A DNA stretch of 37,790 bases, from IMG/VR virus record IMGVR_UViG_3300020045_015655, positions 1 to 37,790 of that record, one strand, 5' to 3'. Source of the DNA: a virus. Taxonomy: Duplodnaviria; Caudoviricetes. Below the pieces are notes generated by a model. That model worked only from the letters and a program-made list of their open reading frames with translations. It was not told where the DNA came from and ran no database searches. Below, piece by piece: positions 7,978 to 17,138 of the stretch (positions are counted from its first letter, which is position 1; each line of letters starts with the position of its first letter). The position numbers were made by a program, and so were the translations under genes.

Positions 7978-9783
7978 TTATTGTCCATAATTTGATGCCC
8001 CATTTATACCTTTATTATCAAACCGCTTTCCTAATATTTGCAACAATCCTTTAACGTCTGTTTGAGTAGTTGGTGATTTCAATGCATTAGAAGCTTTTTC
8101 TAATGCACCACTTCTATTTAATAAAATATTTTGAGATATATCGCTTAAATATCCAGTAGGGCTTAATAAACCTTTATAATCTATAGCTTGTCCTGTTTTG
8201 CTTGGGTTTAATAACTCAGGAGTTTCTTTATTTATAAGCTTTAAATCATTAATTAATTGGCTTTCTTTTTCATTAAATAAAAGTCCTTTAACTTCTGGTT
8301 CAAGCTTATCAATATTTTTAATAAATCTTGTTACGTTAAGACCATTTTTGTCCATTGATCTAGAAACTAAATCATTTATTTGAGAAGTCTTTGTCCCTTC
8401 ATAAAGTGAAGGAAATTTGTCTTTAAATTCATTCAATGTTTTTACGTTAGTTGAAGAAGACTTTTGAATTAAGTTTTCTTCTGGAATATTTTCAAGTTTT
8501 CTTAAAAAAGATCCTTGTGATTTAACGTCTCCTTTAATGCCAGCAATACCTTTTATTTTCTGTAATTGTTGCATATTACCTGAATGAGCAGCATCAGCTA
8601 AAGCTAATTTATTATGAAGCTCATCAATAACTTCGGCACCTGACTTGCCACTTGCTTTAACAAAAGGATCAGTCTCTTTTAATGCTTGTATTGAAGAATC
8701 ACGTAAATTTGTAATTTGATCATATACTTTTTCATATCTTAATCGATCAAGCTCACTTGTAGAATCAGTTATGTTTTTAAGCAAATTAGTTCGGTATTCT
8801 TTTAAATCAGCAACATTATCTAAATTAGAAATATCATCAGATATTTGATTTAAAAACTCTTTACCGTCCTTAGTCTTAAATACTGAATCTTTTTTAAGCA
8901 TACCAATAGATTTATTGTTTATCTCAGGTTGTAATTTAATATTTTGAAGGTCTTTATTTATATCATTATATAATTCTGAAACTGGTTCTTTAGATGTTCT
9001 TATCTCATTTTCTAAACCTGATTTTAATTTAGAACCTAATTGAAAATCACTCTCACCTGTTTTTAAATTCTCTAAATTTTCAGAAGCTCTACCAAAGCCT
9101 TTTTTAACATTTTCTAAAGCTTGTCTTTGAGGGGTTGCTGTAAATCTTGGACTACTAGCTAAAGATTGCTCAAGCTTTTGAACAGTTTGATTTTCGCTTA
9201 ACATACCCTTAGTTGGCTCAAAACCTAGTCTTCTTGCTGCCTCTGTAATTTCATTAGCATTAGGTTTAATCTTATCTTTAATTGCATTATAATATTGTCC
9301 AAGTTTATCACCAATAATATTTAATGGTTTTGCTATTATTTGGCTTCCCATTTCTTGAGAGGCACCTAATAAACCTTGGTTTAAAATATCAGTGACTCTA
9401 TTTTCAATAGGTTCTGGTTGCTCTGCTAATAAATACTTCTCACCAATTTGCTTTAAGGCCTCACCACCGGAAGCACCTAGCCCAGACCCTACAATCGCAC
9501 CACCTGGTAATGGTGACGCCATACCAAGAGCACCGCCTAACATACCACCTGCGACTGGTAAAGCGCCTAGCGCTCCCTTAGCGACTCCTAAGCCATAACC
9601 AGGCGCTTGAGCTTCCTTAAGTGATTCTTGAGGCCTATTTGCTACCTCACTTATTGCTTTGCTAAATATACCTTGATCAGGTGCTTTTGATTGCACTAAT
9701 TCTTCTTTCGTAGGTGGTGCAAACATTGAAGTTTGAGCAATTTCTTCTTTTGTTGGTGGTGCAAATAAATTATTGCTTGCCAT
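7978..9783 (-). CDS. Large internal virion (DNA ejection) protein
   Basis: GAGGGG then ATG 9783; duplicated FAPPTKEE; Gly-rich hydrophobic hairpin; helical body; position after the nozzle gene. Confidence 0.65.
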   Translation of the reverse strand: MASNNLFAPPTKEEIAQTSMFAPPTKEELVQSKAPDQGIFSKAISEVANRPQESLKEAQAPGYGLGVAKGALGALPVAGGMLGGALGMASPLPGGAIVGSGLGASGGEALKQIGEKYLLAEQPEPIENRVTDILNQGLLGASQEMGSQIIAKPLNIIGDKLGQYYNAIKDKIKPNANEITEAARRLGFEPTKGMLSENQTVQKLEQSLASSPRFTATPQRQALENVKKGFGRASENLENLKTGESDFQLGSKLKSGLENEIRTSKEPVSELYNDINKDLQNIKLQPEINNKSIGMLKKDSVFKTKDGKEFLNQISDDISNLDNVADLKEYRTNLLKNITDSTSELDRLRYEKVYDQITNLRDSSIQALKETDPFVKASGKSGAEVIDELHNKLALADAAHSGNMQQLQKIKGIAGIKGDVKSQGSFLRKLENIPEENLIQKSSSTNVKTLNEFKDKFPSLYEGTKTSQINDLVSRSMDKNGLNVTRFIKNIDKLEPEVKGLLFNEKESQLINDLKLINKETPELLNPSKTGQAIDYKGLLSPTGYLSDISQNILLNRSGALEKASNALKSPTTQTDVKGLLQILGKRFDNKGINGASNYGQ

Positions 9784-10804
9784 AACCCCTCTTAAGCAAA
9801 ATTTGTTTTGCTTGATCGTATGACAGTCCATGCTCTTGTGAGTATTTTAAAATATTAGTGTCTTGTTCTGTACTAGACTTAGGCAATAATCCTTTTGTGT
9901 TAGCATCAAGTTTTTGTTCTAATTTAGGTAATGCCTTTGCTCCCTCGGCCTCAAGACCAGCAATAGAAATTTCTCTATTTCTCTTCTTTTGTGCTAAAAC
10001 CGCCTCGGTATCACCTGGCTGAGGAAAATACATAGAGTTACCAGTAGCAAACTCTGCATCTGAAATTGTAGCTCCTGACTCTCTTCTAAGTTGGGCAGTT
10101 AAGAAATTTTTCTTTGCTTGATCCATTAATTTTTGATTTTGATCTGTTAATATTTCAGGAAAGTATTTACTGCTTTTAATCTTAGCATCTATACTTGTTG
10201 GATCGTAACCTGCAGATATTACATTTTCAATATTGTCTTGTGCGTCCTTCATCCTTTTTGCAAAAGTAGCCGCCGCATAAACATTTTGCGGAATGTTTTT
10301 GTCTGACTCTGATTTTTTACCAAGACTTTCAATTTGTGCCTCTTTTAATTTTCTCTCAATATCAGCTTTTTGTTTATCTAATTCAAATCTAGAGGCTTCT
10401 TTTTTTCTAGCTTCATTTAAAGCAGCTTCCTTTTCTTTTGTGCTAATGTCTGATCTATAAATCATTCCACTTGTTGGGATCATGCCTTTTACTTGTTCTG
10501 CATTTGTTTCTGGGTCTAAAGCTTTACCAATCAAACCTTCATAATTTCGCCTAGCAATTTCAGACTGCTTACTAGTCGGATCTATTAAACCTGCGTCGTA
10601 TTCGGCTTTTTTTCTAGCATTTTGCATTTCAGCTTGCTTTTGCGGAGTGTACTCCAATTCTCCTGTCTCAGGGTTTTTTTGAATACCTTGCAATAAACCT
10701 TGCATGTCTTGAGTGCGCTGTATTTGCTTTTGAGTTTGATAAGCAAGCATACCCTCTTTGATACCGTTTGCCATACCTGTCATTGCTTCATAATTTGGTC
10801 CCAT
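9770..10804 (-). CDS. Internal virion (ejection) protein
   Basis: Helical, Q/K/A-rich; LRRESGATI...YFPQPGD motif; position. Confidence 0.65.
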   Translation of the reverse strand: MGPNYEAMTGMANGIKEGMLAYQTQKQIQRTQDMQGLLQGIQKNPETGELEYTPQKQAEMQNARKKAEYDAGLIDPTSKQSEIARRNYEGLIGKALDPETNAEQVKGMIPTSGMIYRSDISTKEKEAALNEARKKEASRFELDKQKADIERKLKEAQIESLGKKSESDKNIPQNVYAAATFAKRMKDAQDNIENVISAGYDPTSIDAKIKSSKYFPEILTDQNQKLMDQAKKNFLTAQLRRESGATISDAEFATGNSMYFPQPGDTEAVLAQKKRNREISIAGLEAEGAKALPKLEQKLDANTKGLLPKSSTEQDTNILKYSQEHGLSYDQAKQILLKRGYGKQ

Positions 10805-11439
10805 TATTGATTACCCCCGAAATTATAATCATTACCTAAATAACTAGGTTGCTGAGGTTGCCCGCCCATTTGATAACTTTTACCACTAAACATATTTTGA
10901 CTCATCGACATATCAGGACTTGAGTTAGGTGATATATTCTTAGTCCTAGATCCTGCATAAGTGCCCATACTATGCTGACCTAAACCTGAAATTGCAGAAA
11001 CAAACTGCGCACGCTGTGCTTCCATTTGATTATAACTATCTGTCAAAGTTTGAAAATAATTAGTCCTAGTTTGTTGTTGTTGCATGGCATTTTGAGAAGC
11101 AAGTCTTAATGCTTGTGCTTTTCTTTGATCACCTTCAATTGAATTACTAAACTTAATCCTATCTAATGCGTCACCTGTTTGTCCTGAATAAGCATTACGT
11201 AAAGCTTCATGCATACCCGAAGTCATTCCAGTGTTTGCCATATCAGTATTACCAAATTGGCCAATTTGACCGACTCTTTGATTAATACCTTGATTAAGCT
11301 CATTACCAAATTGACTACTTGGCCTCATAGCACTTGCTGCTTGTTCTTTTATCAAGCCTTGAGTTTGAGCATCAAGTGGTGTGAATTGAGGCGTAGGTGT
11401 TTGTTGATCAAAACCTAAAAACTTTGATACTTCACTCAT
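10804..11439 (-). CDS. Gln/Met-rich ejection (pilot) protein
   Basis: Composition and position; TAATG coupling. Confidence 0.55.
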   Translation of the reverse strand: MSEVSKFLGFDQQTPTPQFTPLDAQTQGLIKEQAASAMRPSSQFGNELNQGINQRVGQIGQFGNTDMANTGMTSGMHEALRNAYSGQTGDALDRIKFSNSIEGDQRKAQALRLASQNAMQQQQTRTNYFQTLTDSYNQMEAQRAQFVSAISGLGQHSMGTYAGSRTKNISPNSSPDMSMSQNMFSGKSYQMGGQPQQPSYLGNDYNFGGNQ

Positions 11440-11440
11440 T

Positions 11441-12088
11441 TTAAGAACCTCCCATTATAGCCGCACTACCAAGCAAACCCATAGCCGAACCACCAATTTG
11501 ATTATTAGCTTGTTGTCTTGCTAATTGTTGTTGATATATAGAATTTTGCATTTGTTGTAATTGCCCTTGAATACCAAGACCGGTTTGCATACCGCCTTGT
11601 TGGATCTGTGTTCCCATATCAAGCAAGCCTTTATTAGCACCGGCTAATTGCCCAGCAAGTTGTTGTTGGCCTTGAGATGCTATTTGTTGCTTCATCCCTT
11701 CGTTAAGACCACCATAACCTAAACCCCGCGCACTCATTCTTTCTTCGCCTTGATGCTGACCTTGAGCAATACCAGTATTAGCTTGCTTAGTAAGTCTTTC
11801 TTGCATTTGGTTTTGCATGAAAGGTAAGTTTTTCTTATACTCATCATATTGTTCATTCTGTGCTTTTTGAATATCAGATAAACCTTGGTCTATTCCAGGT
11901 GACTCAGGCGCAGGACTTTCTTTTGTCCCTTCTCTGTAAGTATCAACGGCCATAGCCCCAACAGCACCACCAAACATAGGACCTAATACATTTCTTACTG
12001 GATCTTTTCTAATTTGATTTAAGTTATTGCTAACATTCCCAGTAAAATTACTTGTCGCACTTGCTATATTTTGTACTGCATGGCCCAT
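11441..12088 (-). CDS. Gln/Gly-rich ejection (pilot) protein
   Basis: ARGLG.GG; C-terminal GGSAMGLLGSAAIMG glycine zipper. Confidence 0.55.
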   Translation of the reverse strand: MGHAVQNIASATSNFTGNVSNNLNQIRKDPVRNVLGPMFGGAVGAMAVDTYREGTKESPAPESPGIDQGLSDIQKAQNEQYDEYKKNLPFMQNQMQERLTKQANTGIAQGQHQGEERMSARGLGYGGLNEGMKQQIASQGQQQLAGQLAGANKGLLDMGTQIQQGGMQTGLGIQGQLQQMQNSIYQQQLARQQANNQIGGSAMGLLGSAAIMGGS

Positions 12089-12089
12089 T

Positions 12090-12416
12090 TTAAATATCCT
12101 TTATCAAGAAAATAATATCACTGCCTAAAGATTGAATCTTAAAACCAAACTTTAAAAACTTTGCCATATTTTCATCTTTATAATTACACAATAAAGACAC
12201 CGAGCCTAAAAGCTTCTTACATCCTTTAACTTTTGCCATAGATATTATAGTTTCCATAAGCTCTTTACCAAAACCCTTATCTCTAAACTCAGATCTTATA
12301 TAAAAGTCTTCTAAATAAAAAACTTCTTCATTGAATGAATACACAATAAGAAAGTTTGCACTTTCAATGACTTCTTTATTATAAACTTCTTTCATATAAT
12401 CGGCATAAATACTCAA
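12090..12416 (-). CDS. GNAT-family acetyltransferase
   Basis: FYIRSEFRDKGFGKELM acetyl-CoA motif A; F.K.GF motif B. Confidence 0.85.
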   Translation of the reverse strand: MSIYADYMKEVYNKEVIESANFLIVYSFNEEVFYLEDFYIRSEFRDKGFGKELMETIISMAKVKGCKKLLGSVSLLCNYKDENMAKFLKFGFKIQSLGSDIIFLIKDI

Positions 12417-12426
12417 AATACTTACC

Positions 12427-12762
12427 TCAAATTAAAATTATCGTGACCGTTGTTGCTACTGTACAAGTTAAATATATCTGTGAATCAGTATCAAGAGAAG
12501 CTGTATGAAAAACATCACAAGACACAGACTTATCCACAACAAAAAACTTTAATCCCTTGCTTCGCATCCCATGAGTAACCAATTGTCCAATGTTTGCAGT
12601 ATTAAATGTTACACTAACAGTTTGAGCCATGATGTTATCCCCAAACTCAATATTCCCATTAACAATATTATTTAATTGCTGAATACATTGTGCAGTATAT
12701 TTAATCAGAGTCGGAAGGTCTGAGATCCTGCCAAGGTCTGTTTGTATAGTCATCCTAGACAT
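12427..12762 (-). CDS. Putative tail-associated structural protein
   Basis: NG.I.FGDN motif; beta-rich C-terminus; follows the nozzle gene. Confidence 0.55.
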   Translation of the reverse strand: MSRMTIQTDLGRISDLPTLIKYTAQCIQQLNNIVNGNIEFGDNIMAQTVSVTFNTANIGQLVTHGMRSKGLKFFVVDKSVSCDVFHTASLDTDSQIYLTCTVATTVTIILI

Positions 12763-12764
12763 AA

Positions 12765-14969
12765 CTAAACCTTCCTTTGTAGTCTTGATTCAATCGTAAA
12801 CCCATGAATACGTAAAGGTGAGTTACTCGTGTTCACACTTATCATTTCATAAGCAAGAGACTTTCCACTAATACCGTAATCAATACGTTCTTGGAATGCG
12901 CCCAAGTTTAAAGTTGTCCCTAAAACTATGCTTGTTCCATAATCTTGATAAAAATTAATCTTACTTGATAAAGTCGCACCTAAGTTATCAGCATTTACAT
13001 AAAGTCTTCTAAATTGCTTTTGTACTGAGTCACCCATGTCATGCAAATATCTTGTCTTATAACTTAGTGTAATACCGGCACCATTATCACTTAAAAAACT
13101 TGCACTAAACCAATTCACTCGGCCATTGTAATCACCATAAAACAATCGCTTTGTATTATTATACCCTTGGATCTCTGCAAATAAATTTGCATTATAACCT
13201 GAGTGAGTAGTCCACGCATCAGCAACGTAATCATACACTACAGTTAAATTATTTGTTGTAGAGCCATCGACTGGGATTGCAAATAAAACTTGATTTCGTA
13301 ACTTATCATGAGCTCCACAAGCGCAAAGCAATGCTGAATTATAATTCATACGATCAAAAATAGGCTGAATCTTTGGTGAGACATATACCAAGTTTGCACC
13401 ATTATACTGAAACACGCCCTTGCGATCTAAAAACAGCATAACGTCATCAAATAAAACCGAGCATCTATTATTTAAACACCCATAGATATTTGAGATCTCT
13501 TGAACAAAGAAATTTGAAGGATTATCACCTACAAGAACATGAAAGCTATTTCTTTTAAATATGTAAAGTCTAGTTTGATAAGATTTTAATGAAGTAATGT
13601 AATCAGAATCATTTGTTCTTACTTCAAAATTATTACTAGGCAAATATCCTTCTGGTTCTTTAACATCACTAAATACGACAGTACTTGGTAAAGCACTAAA
13701 ACCTGCACAAAACATTCTGTTATCATACACGGCTAAAAATTGAGGATAAAAATTAGTTTGATAAGGATTACAATACCCTTGAATTGTTTTAGTCTCAAAA
13801 TTATGAGCAATATCGTTTGCAGTGTAGTAAGTTTGAACAATAGGCCCAAGGCTTAAACCCATAGGTTGATACTGATTAATATAAGGATTAGGAAGTGGAC
13901 CGATGTTATTAAACACACTGCCAAAGCCGCCCACTGTAGTGCCAATCGGCACCGCTGTTAAAGTACTTCCACTTGCATTTACTGAATTGATTTTGACAAA
14001 AGGATAATTCCACGTTCCTGCGTCTTCATTCCAAATATTAATTATATTTGAAGTACTATAAGCATTTTGCACACAATATGAATAAACATTTATTGCGCTT
14101 ATCCCATAACCAAATGGAGTATTAAGCATCAAAGTCATAGCAATAGTGCCGGTCTTTGTTGTCGGTAAAAAGCTAGGTCCAGACTGTGGCCCAAATGCAG
14201 AACAGACAGGCATTATATTACTCTCAAAACCACGATCATTTACATAGCTCACATAAAATATTGCTGCACCTGTTCCACCAAAGCCCATAATGCTTGGTGT
14301 GCTTCCGGTATCATAACCATACATAAGACTAGCAGGGATAGGGATCGGTAAACCGACATTAGTTGTTGTTACACCGTCAAACTTAACAAACTTACTGCCA
14401 TCAGCAATAAAACATCGATCAACTAAATACTCTACTGAGGCATAGCTTCCACTTTGTAATTGCGGAGCTACATCGTAAGTATATCCTGCAAGACCGTTTT
14501 GTATTCCCATAATATATTGAAGTGATGAGCCTTGATAAAACACTCCACTATTAAATTCATTAAAACTTATGCCACCACCGACGTTACCCCATCCTAAAGC
14601 TCTAAAATATCCTACAGGATTAAAACCCATTAATGAGTAACCAAAGTGTAAAGTCGTACCTTGATCAGTGAAACTCATGCCTTGAAAATTACCTGTAGTG
14701 GCACCAAACCAAAGACCGCCACTTGAACCACAAATTACCATGCTAGAACCACTTAATCTTTGATACTCACTAAGTGCTGTAATTTTCCCAGCTAATGTTT
14801 GCCCCATGTATTGAGTCGAACCCCAACGCTGAGTAAGTGATCCAGGCGTTTGAAAATCATAATTCTTAATGTCCATAAACTCCATAGGAGTTGTAAGGTG
14901 CGGCGAAAACTTCGAGTTAATACCACCAAAGTTTGAGTAATTCTCAACTTTTAATTTTTGATTACTCAC
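12765..14969 (-). CDS. Tail nozzle / stabilization protein (P22 gp10 or T7 gp12-like)
   Basis: 734 aa; F.GIN start; beta-propeller-type repeats (YDNRMF, VVFSD, LYIFK, YGC); GAGGTG SD. Confidence 0.75.
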   Translation of the reverse strand: MSNQKLKVENYSNFGGINSKFSPHLTTPMEFMDIKNYDFQTPGSLTQRWGSTQYMGQTLAGKITALSEYQRLSGSSMVICGSSGGLWFGATTGNFQGMSFTDQGTTLHFGYSLMGFNPVGYFRALGWGNVGGGISFNEFNSGVFYQGSSLQYIMGIQNGLAGYTYDVAPQLQSGSYASVEYLVDRCFIADGSKFVKFDGVTTTNVGLPIPIPASLMYGYDTGSTPSIMGFGGTGAAIFYVSYVNDRGFESNIMPVCSAFGPQSGPSFLPTTKTGTIAMTLMLNTPFGYGISAINVYSYCVQNAYSTSNIINIWNEDAGTWNYPFVKINSVNASGSTLTAVPIGTTVGGFGSVFNNIGPLPNPYINQYQPMGLSLGPIVQTYYTANDIAHNFETKTIQGYCNPYQTNFYPQFLAVYDNRMFCAGFSALPSTVVFSDVKEPEGYLPSNNFEVRTNDSDYITSLKSYQTRLYIFKRNSFHVLVGDNPSNFFVQEISNIYGCLNNRCSVLFDDVMLFLDRKGVFQYNGANLVYVSPKIQPIFDRMNYNSALLCACGAHDKLRNQVLFAIPVDGSTTNNLTVVYDYVADAWTTHSGYNANLFAEIQGYNNTKRLFYGDYNGRVNWFSASFLSDNGAGITLSYKTRYLHDMGDSVQKQFRRLYVNADNLGATLSSKINFYQDYGTSIVLGTTLNLGAFQERIDYGISGKSLAYEMISVNTSNSPLRIHGFTIESRLQRKV

Positions 14970-14987
14970 TTATCACCTCAAATTTAT

Positions 14988-16150
14988 TATTTATGAATTA
15001 ATGAATCTTGATGATTATTGCACAAGGCAGTTCATGAAATTATTACATCTTAATTGTAGGATTGTTGCAATATAATTATGCATATTATAGTTGTTATTTA
15101 ATGATTAAAACTTTTCAATTTCGTATTAAAGATTCATGCAAAAAAAATAAGCTTAAACACTTAGCATCTAAAGTTAATTTTGTATGGAACTATCTTAACG
15201 AAACGTCACAATTTGCATGGAAAAGAGATAGAAAATGGTTAAGCGAATTTGATTTTAATAAATTACTTTCTAATTCAAGTAAAGAATTAAAAATACATTC
15301 TCAAACATTACAAATTATAAGTCATGAATTTACATCAAGAAGAAATCAATCAAAAAGGTGTAAATTAAATTGGAGAACTAATAAAAAAAATCTTGGTTGG
15401 ATACCTTTTTCAAGACAAGCAATAAAATTTGAAAATGATACTTTTATTTTTCAAAAACAAAAATATAAATTTTGGAAGTCTCGTGAAATTGAAGGTAAAA
15501 TAAAAACAGGTTCTTTCTCGCAAAATTCAAAAGGACAATGGTTTGTTAATTTACATTGTGAAGTAGAAAATATAATACTTAATAAAAAAAATAATTCTAT
15601 TGGAATTGATCTTGGTTTAAAAGATTTTGCAGTTTTATCAAATTCGAATAAATTAGAAATACCAAATATAATTAAATTATATCAAAAAAAATTATCAATT
15701 GCACATAAAACAAAAAAAAAGAAAAGAATTCGATCTTTATATTTAAAAATAACAAACATTAGAAATGATTTTTTACATAAAGAATCTACTAAATTAGTAA
15801 GAAATTATGATTATATTTTTGTAGGTAATGTTAATATTAATTCTTTGTCTAAATCTTTTATGTCTAAATCAGTCTATAATTCTTGTTGGGGTAGATTTAA
15901 AGATATGCTTGAGTATAAAACCATTAGGTTTGGCAATTCTTTGAAAATTGTAAACGAAAAATTCTCTACGGTAACTTGCTCGGTTTGTCTCGAAAGAAAT
16001 GGACCTAGTGGACTAAGTGGCCTTAGAATAAGAGAATGGGTATGCACAAATTGTGGTTCTATTCATAATAGAGATCATAATAGCGCATTAAACATTCTCC
16101 GTATCGGACATGATACGCAATAGTGGAAGCTTTTTCAGAGCGGATGTCAA
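14988..16150 (+). mobile_element. TnpB-only IS200/IS605-family (IS1341-like) element
   Basis: Preceded by TTTAT (14983-14987) and ends GGATGTCAA (16150). No tnpA. Opposite orientation to the late operon. The left end could alternatively follow TTTAT at 14990-14994. Confidence 0.7.
15101..16123 (+). CDS. tnpB: RNA-guided endonuclease TnpB
   Basis: RuvC-I GIDLGLK, IFVGNV, VNEKFST, zinc finger CSVC/CTNC, RuvC-III RDHNSALNI. ATG 15101 is the likely start. Confidence 0.92.
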   Translation: MIKTFQFRIKDSCKKNKLKHLASKVNFVWNYLNETSQFAWKRDRKWLSEFDFNKLLSNSSKELKIHSQTLQIISHEFTSRRNQSKRCKLNWRTNKKNLGWIPFSRQAIKFENDTFIFQKQKYKFWKSREIEGKIKTGSFSQNSKGQWFVNLHCEVENIILNKKNNSIGIDLGLKDFAVLSNSNKLEIPNIIKLYQKKLSIAHKTKKKKRIRSLYLKITNIRNDFLHKESTKLVRNYDYIFVGNVNINSLSKSFMSKSVYNSCWGRFKDMLEYKTIRFGNSLKIVNEKFSTVTCSVCLERNGPSGLSGLRIREWVCTNCGSIHNRDHNSALNILRIGHDTQ

Positions 16151-16167
16151 AGTTGTCAAAGTCCATT
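16095..16167 (+). ncRNA. Putative omega-RNA 3' core plus guide (5' end unknown)
   Basis: Stem CGTATC(16100-05)/GATACG(16112-17); its loop GACAT can pair with ATGTC(16144-48) as a pseudoknot next to the TCAA end. The guide would start at 16151. Confidence 0.6.
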
Positions 16168-16827
16168 TTAATAAAAGTTATATGAGTCAAAGTCCATTAC
16201 ATTTACGACTTGTCTTGGAATATCATTGATGCGATCAACGGCCATTTTCTTAATCATCTCTTCATAACGGTTTTTCTTAAGCACTAAATTATCAGGCGCT
16301 CTATCGTCTTTAATAAAACCGTCAAAAGCCGCAGTCAAACATGCATACTCTGCAAATTGCTCAGGAACATCTAATGAATCACTAGTGCTAGTTACTTCAA
16401 TTGTTTTAGGACTGTAATACAATCTTAAAACATTCGCAGTTTGCGGAGTAGGTGACACAGTCATTCGATCTTTTTTAAAATAATAGTTTGTTGGATTACC
16501 TAAACGTCTAGACACCATATCTTGCTGATTAAGAGTAATTGGGGTAATTGCTTGCACGACTTCTTCTGTAGTTCCATAGTTACTCAACACTACTTCTAAT
16601 CTATGTTCTTGTAGAAAGTCCGTTGGCAATAAGTAATCAGCTTGCCCCACGACCATTGTTGTCTCTACAGGTTTTAAATACCAATTGTTACCCGCTTGTA
16701 ATAACTCGTTTTGCACGTGTCTTTGAGCAAGATTAAGCCAAGTAATAATTGTTGGCGAAGTAAAATAGCCTTGATTAGTATCATCAAGCCAATTTGAAAT
16801 TAAAGTAATTGCCGTTGAAACTAACAT
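16168..16827 (-). CDS. Head-tail adaptor protein
   Basis: WLN.AQ, Y.LPTDF, P..YY, P.P, L.YY, VPE.F pattern; upstream of the nozzle gene. Confidence 0.75.
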   Translation of the reverse strand: MLVSTAITLISNWLDDTNQGYFTSPTIITWLNLAQRHVQNELLQAGNNWYLKPVETTMVVGQADYLLPTDFLQEHRLEVVLSNYGTTEEVVQAITPITLNQQDMVSRRLGNPTNYYFKKDRMTVSPTPQTANVLRLYYSPKTIEVTSTSDSLDVPEQFAEYACLTAAFDGFIKDDRAPDNLVLKKNRYEEMIKKMAVDRINDIPRQVVNVMDFDSYNFY

Positions 16828-16838
16828 AAGCTTCCTTT

Positions 16839-17138
16839 CTATATCGTAGGATAAGGCCCAAGCATTCCATACTGTGGATTAGTCCACGTCGTAGTAATTG
16901 GCGAAATATCTTGAGGGGAAGACCACGTGTTAACCACAGTATTACTGTTATAATAATCTACATCAAACCATAAATCCATTACTTGCCATATTAGCCCGCG
17001 AGTCAACAATCCAAAACCATTAACTGCACTACCTGCATTCTCTAAACCATACGTAACTAATGGCTCACCATACACAAAGGTAGGATCAGGAGTAGCCTGA
17101 ATATCATATACAGGTGGTGTAATTAATGAACTAATCAT
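16839..17138 (-). CDS. Hypothetical late (structural?) protein
   Basis: Pro/Thr-rich; GLLTRGL motif; ATGA-coupled to the glycosyltransferase. Confidence 0.6.
   Translation of the reverse strand: MISSLITPPVYDIQATPDPTFVYGEPLVTYGLENAGSAVNGFGLLTRGLIWQVMDLWFDVDYYNSNTVVNTWSSPQDISPITTTWTNPQYGMLGPYPTI

Noticed and set aside
12090-12416. GNAT as a novel modification system
   Set aside because: An acetyltransferase before the ejection genes is a familiar podovirus arrangement.
15101-16200. Cas12f CRISPR system or nuclease-dead TldR
   Set aside because: No array is present; the gtcaaagt copies are explained by the element end and the duplicated gene end; the catalytic Asp residues and an alternative Glu are retained.
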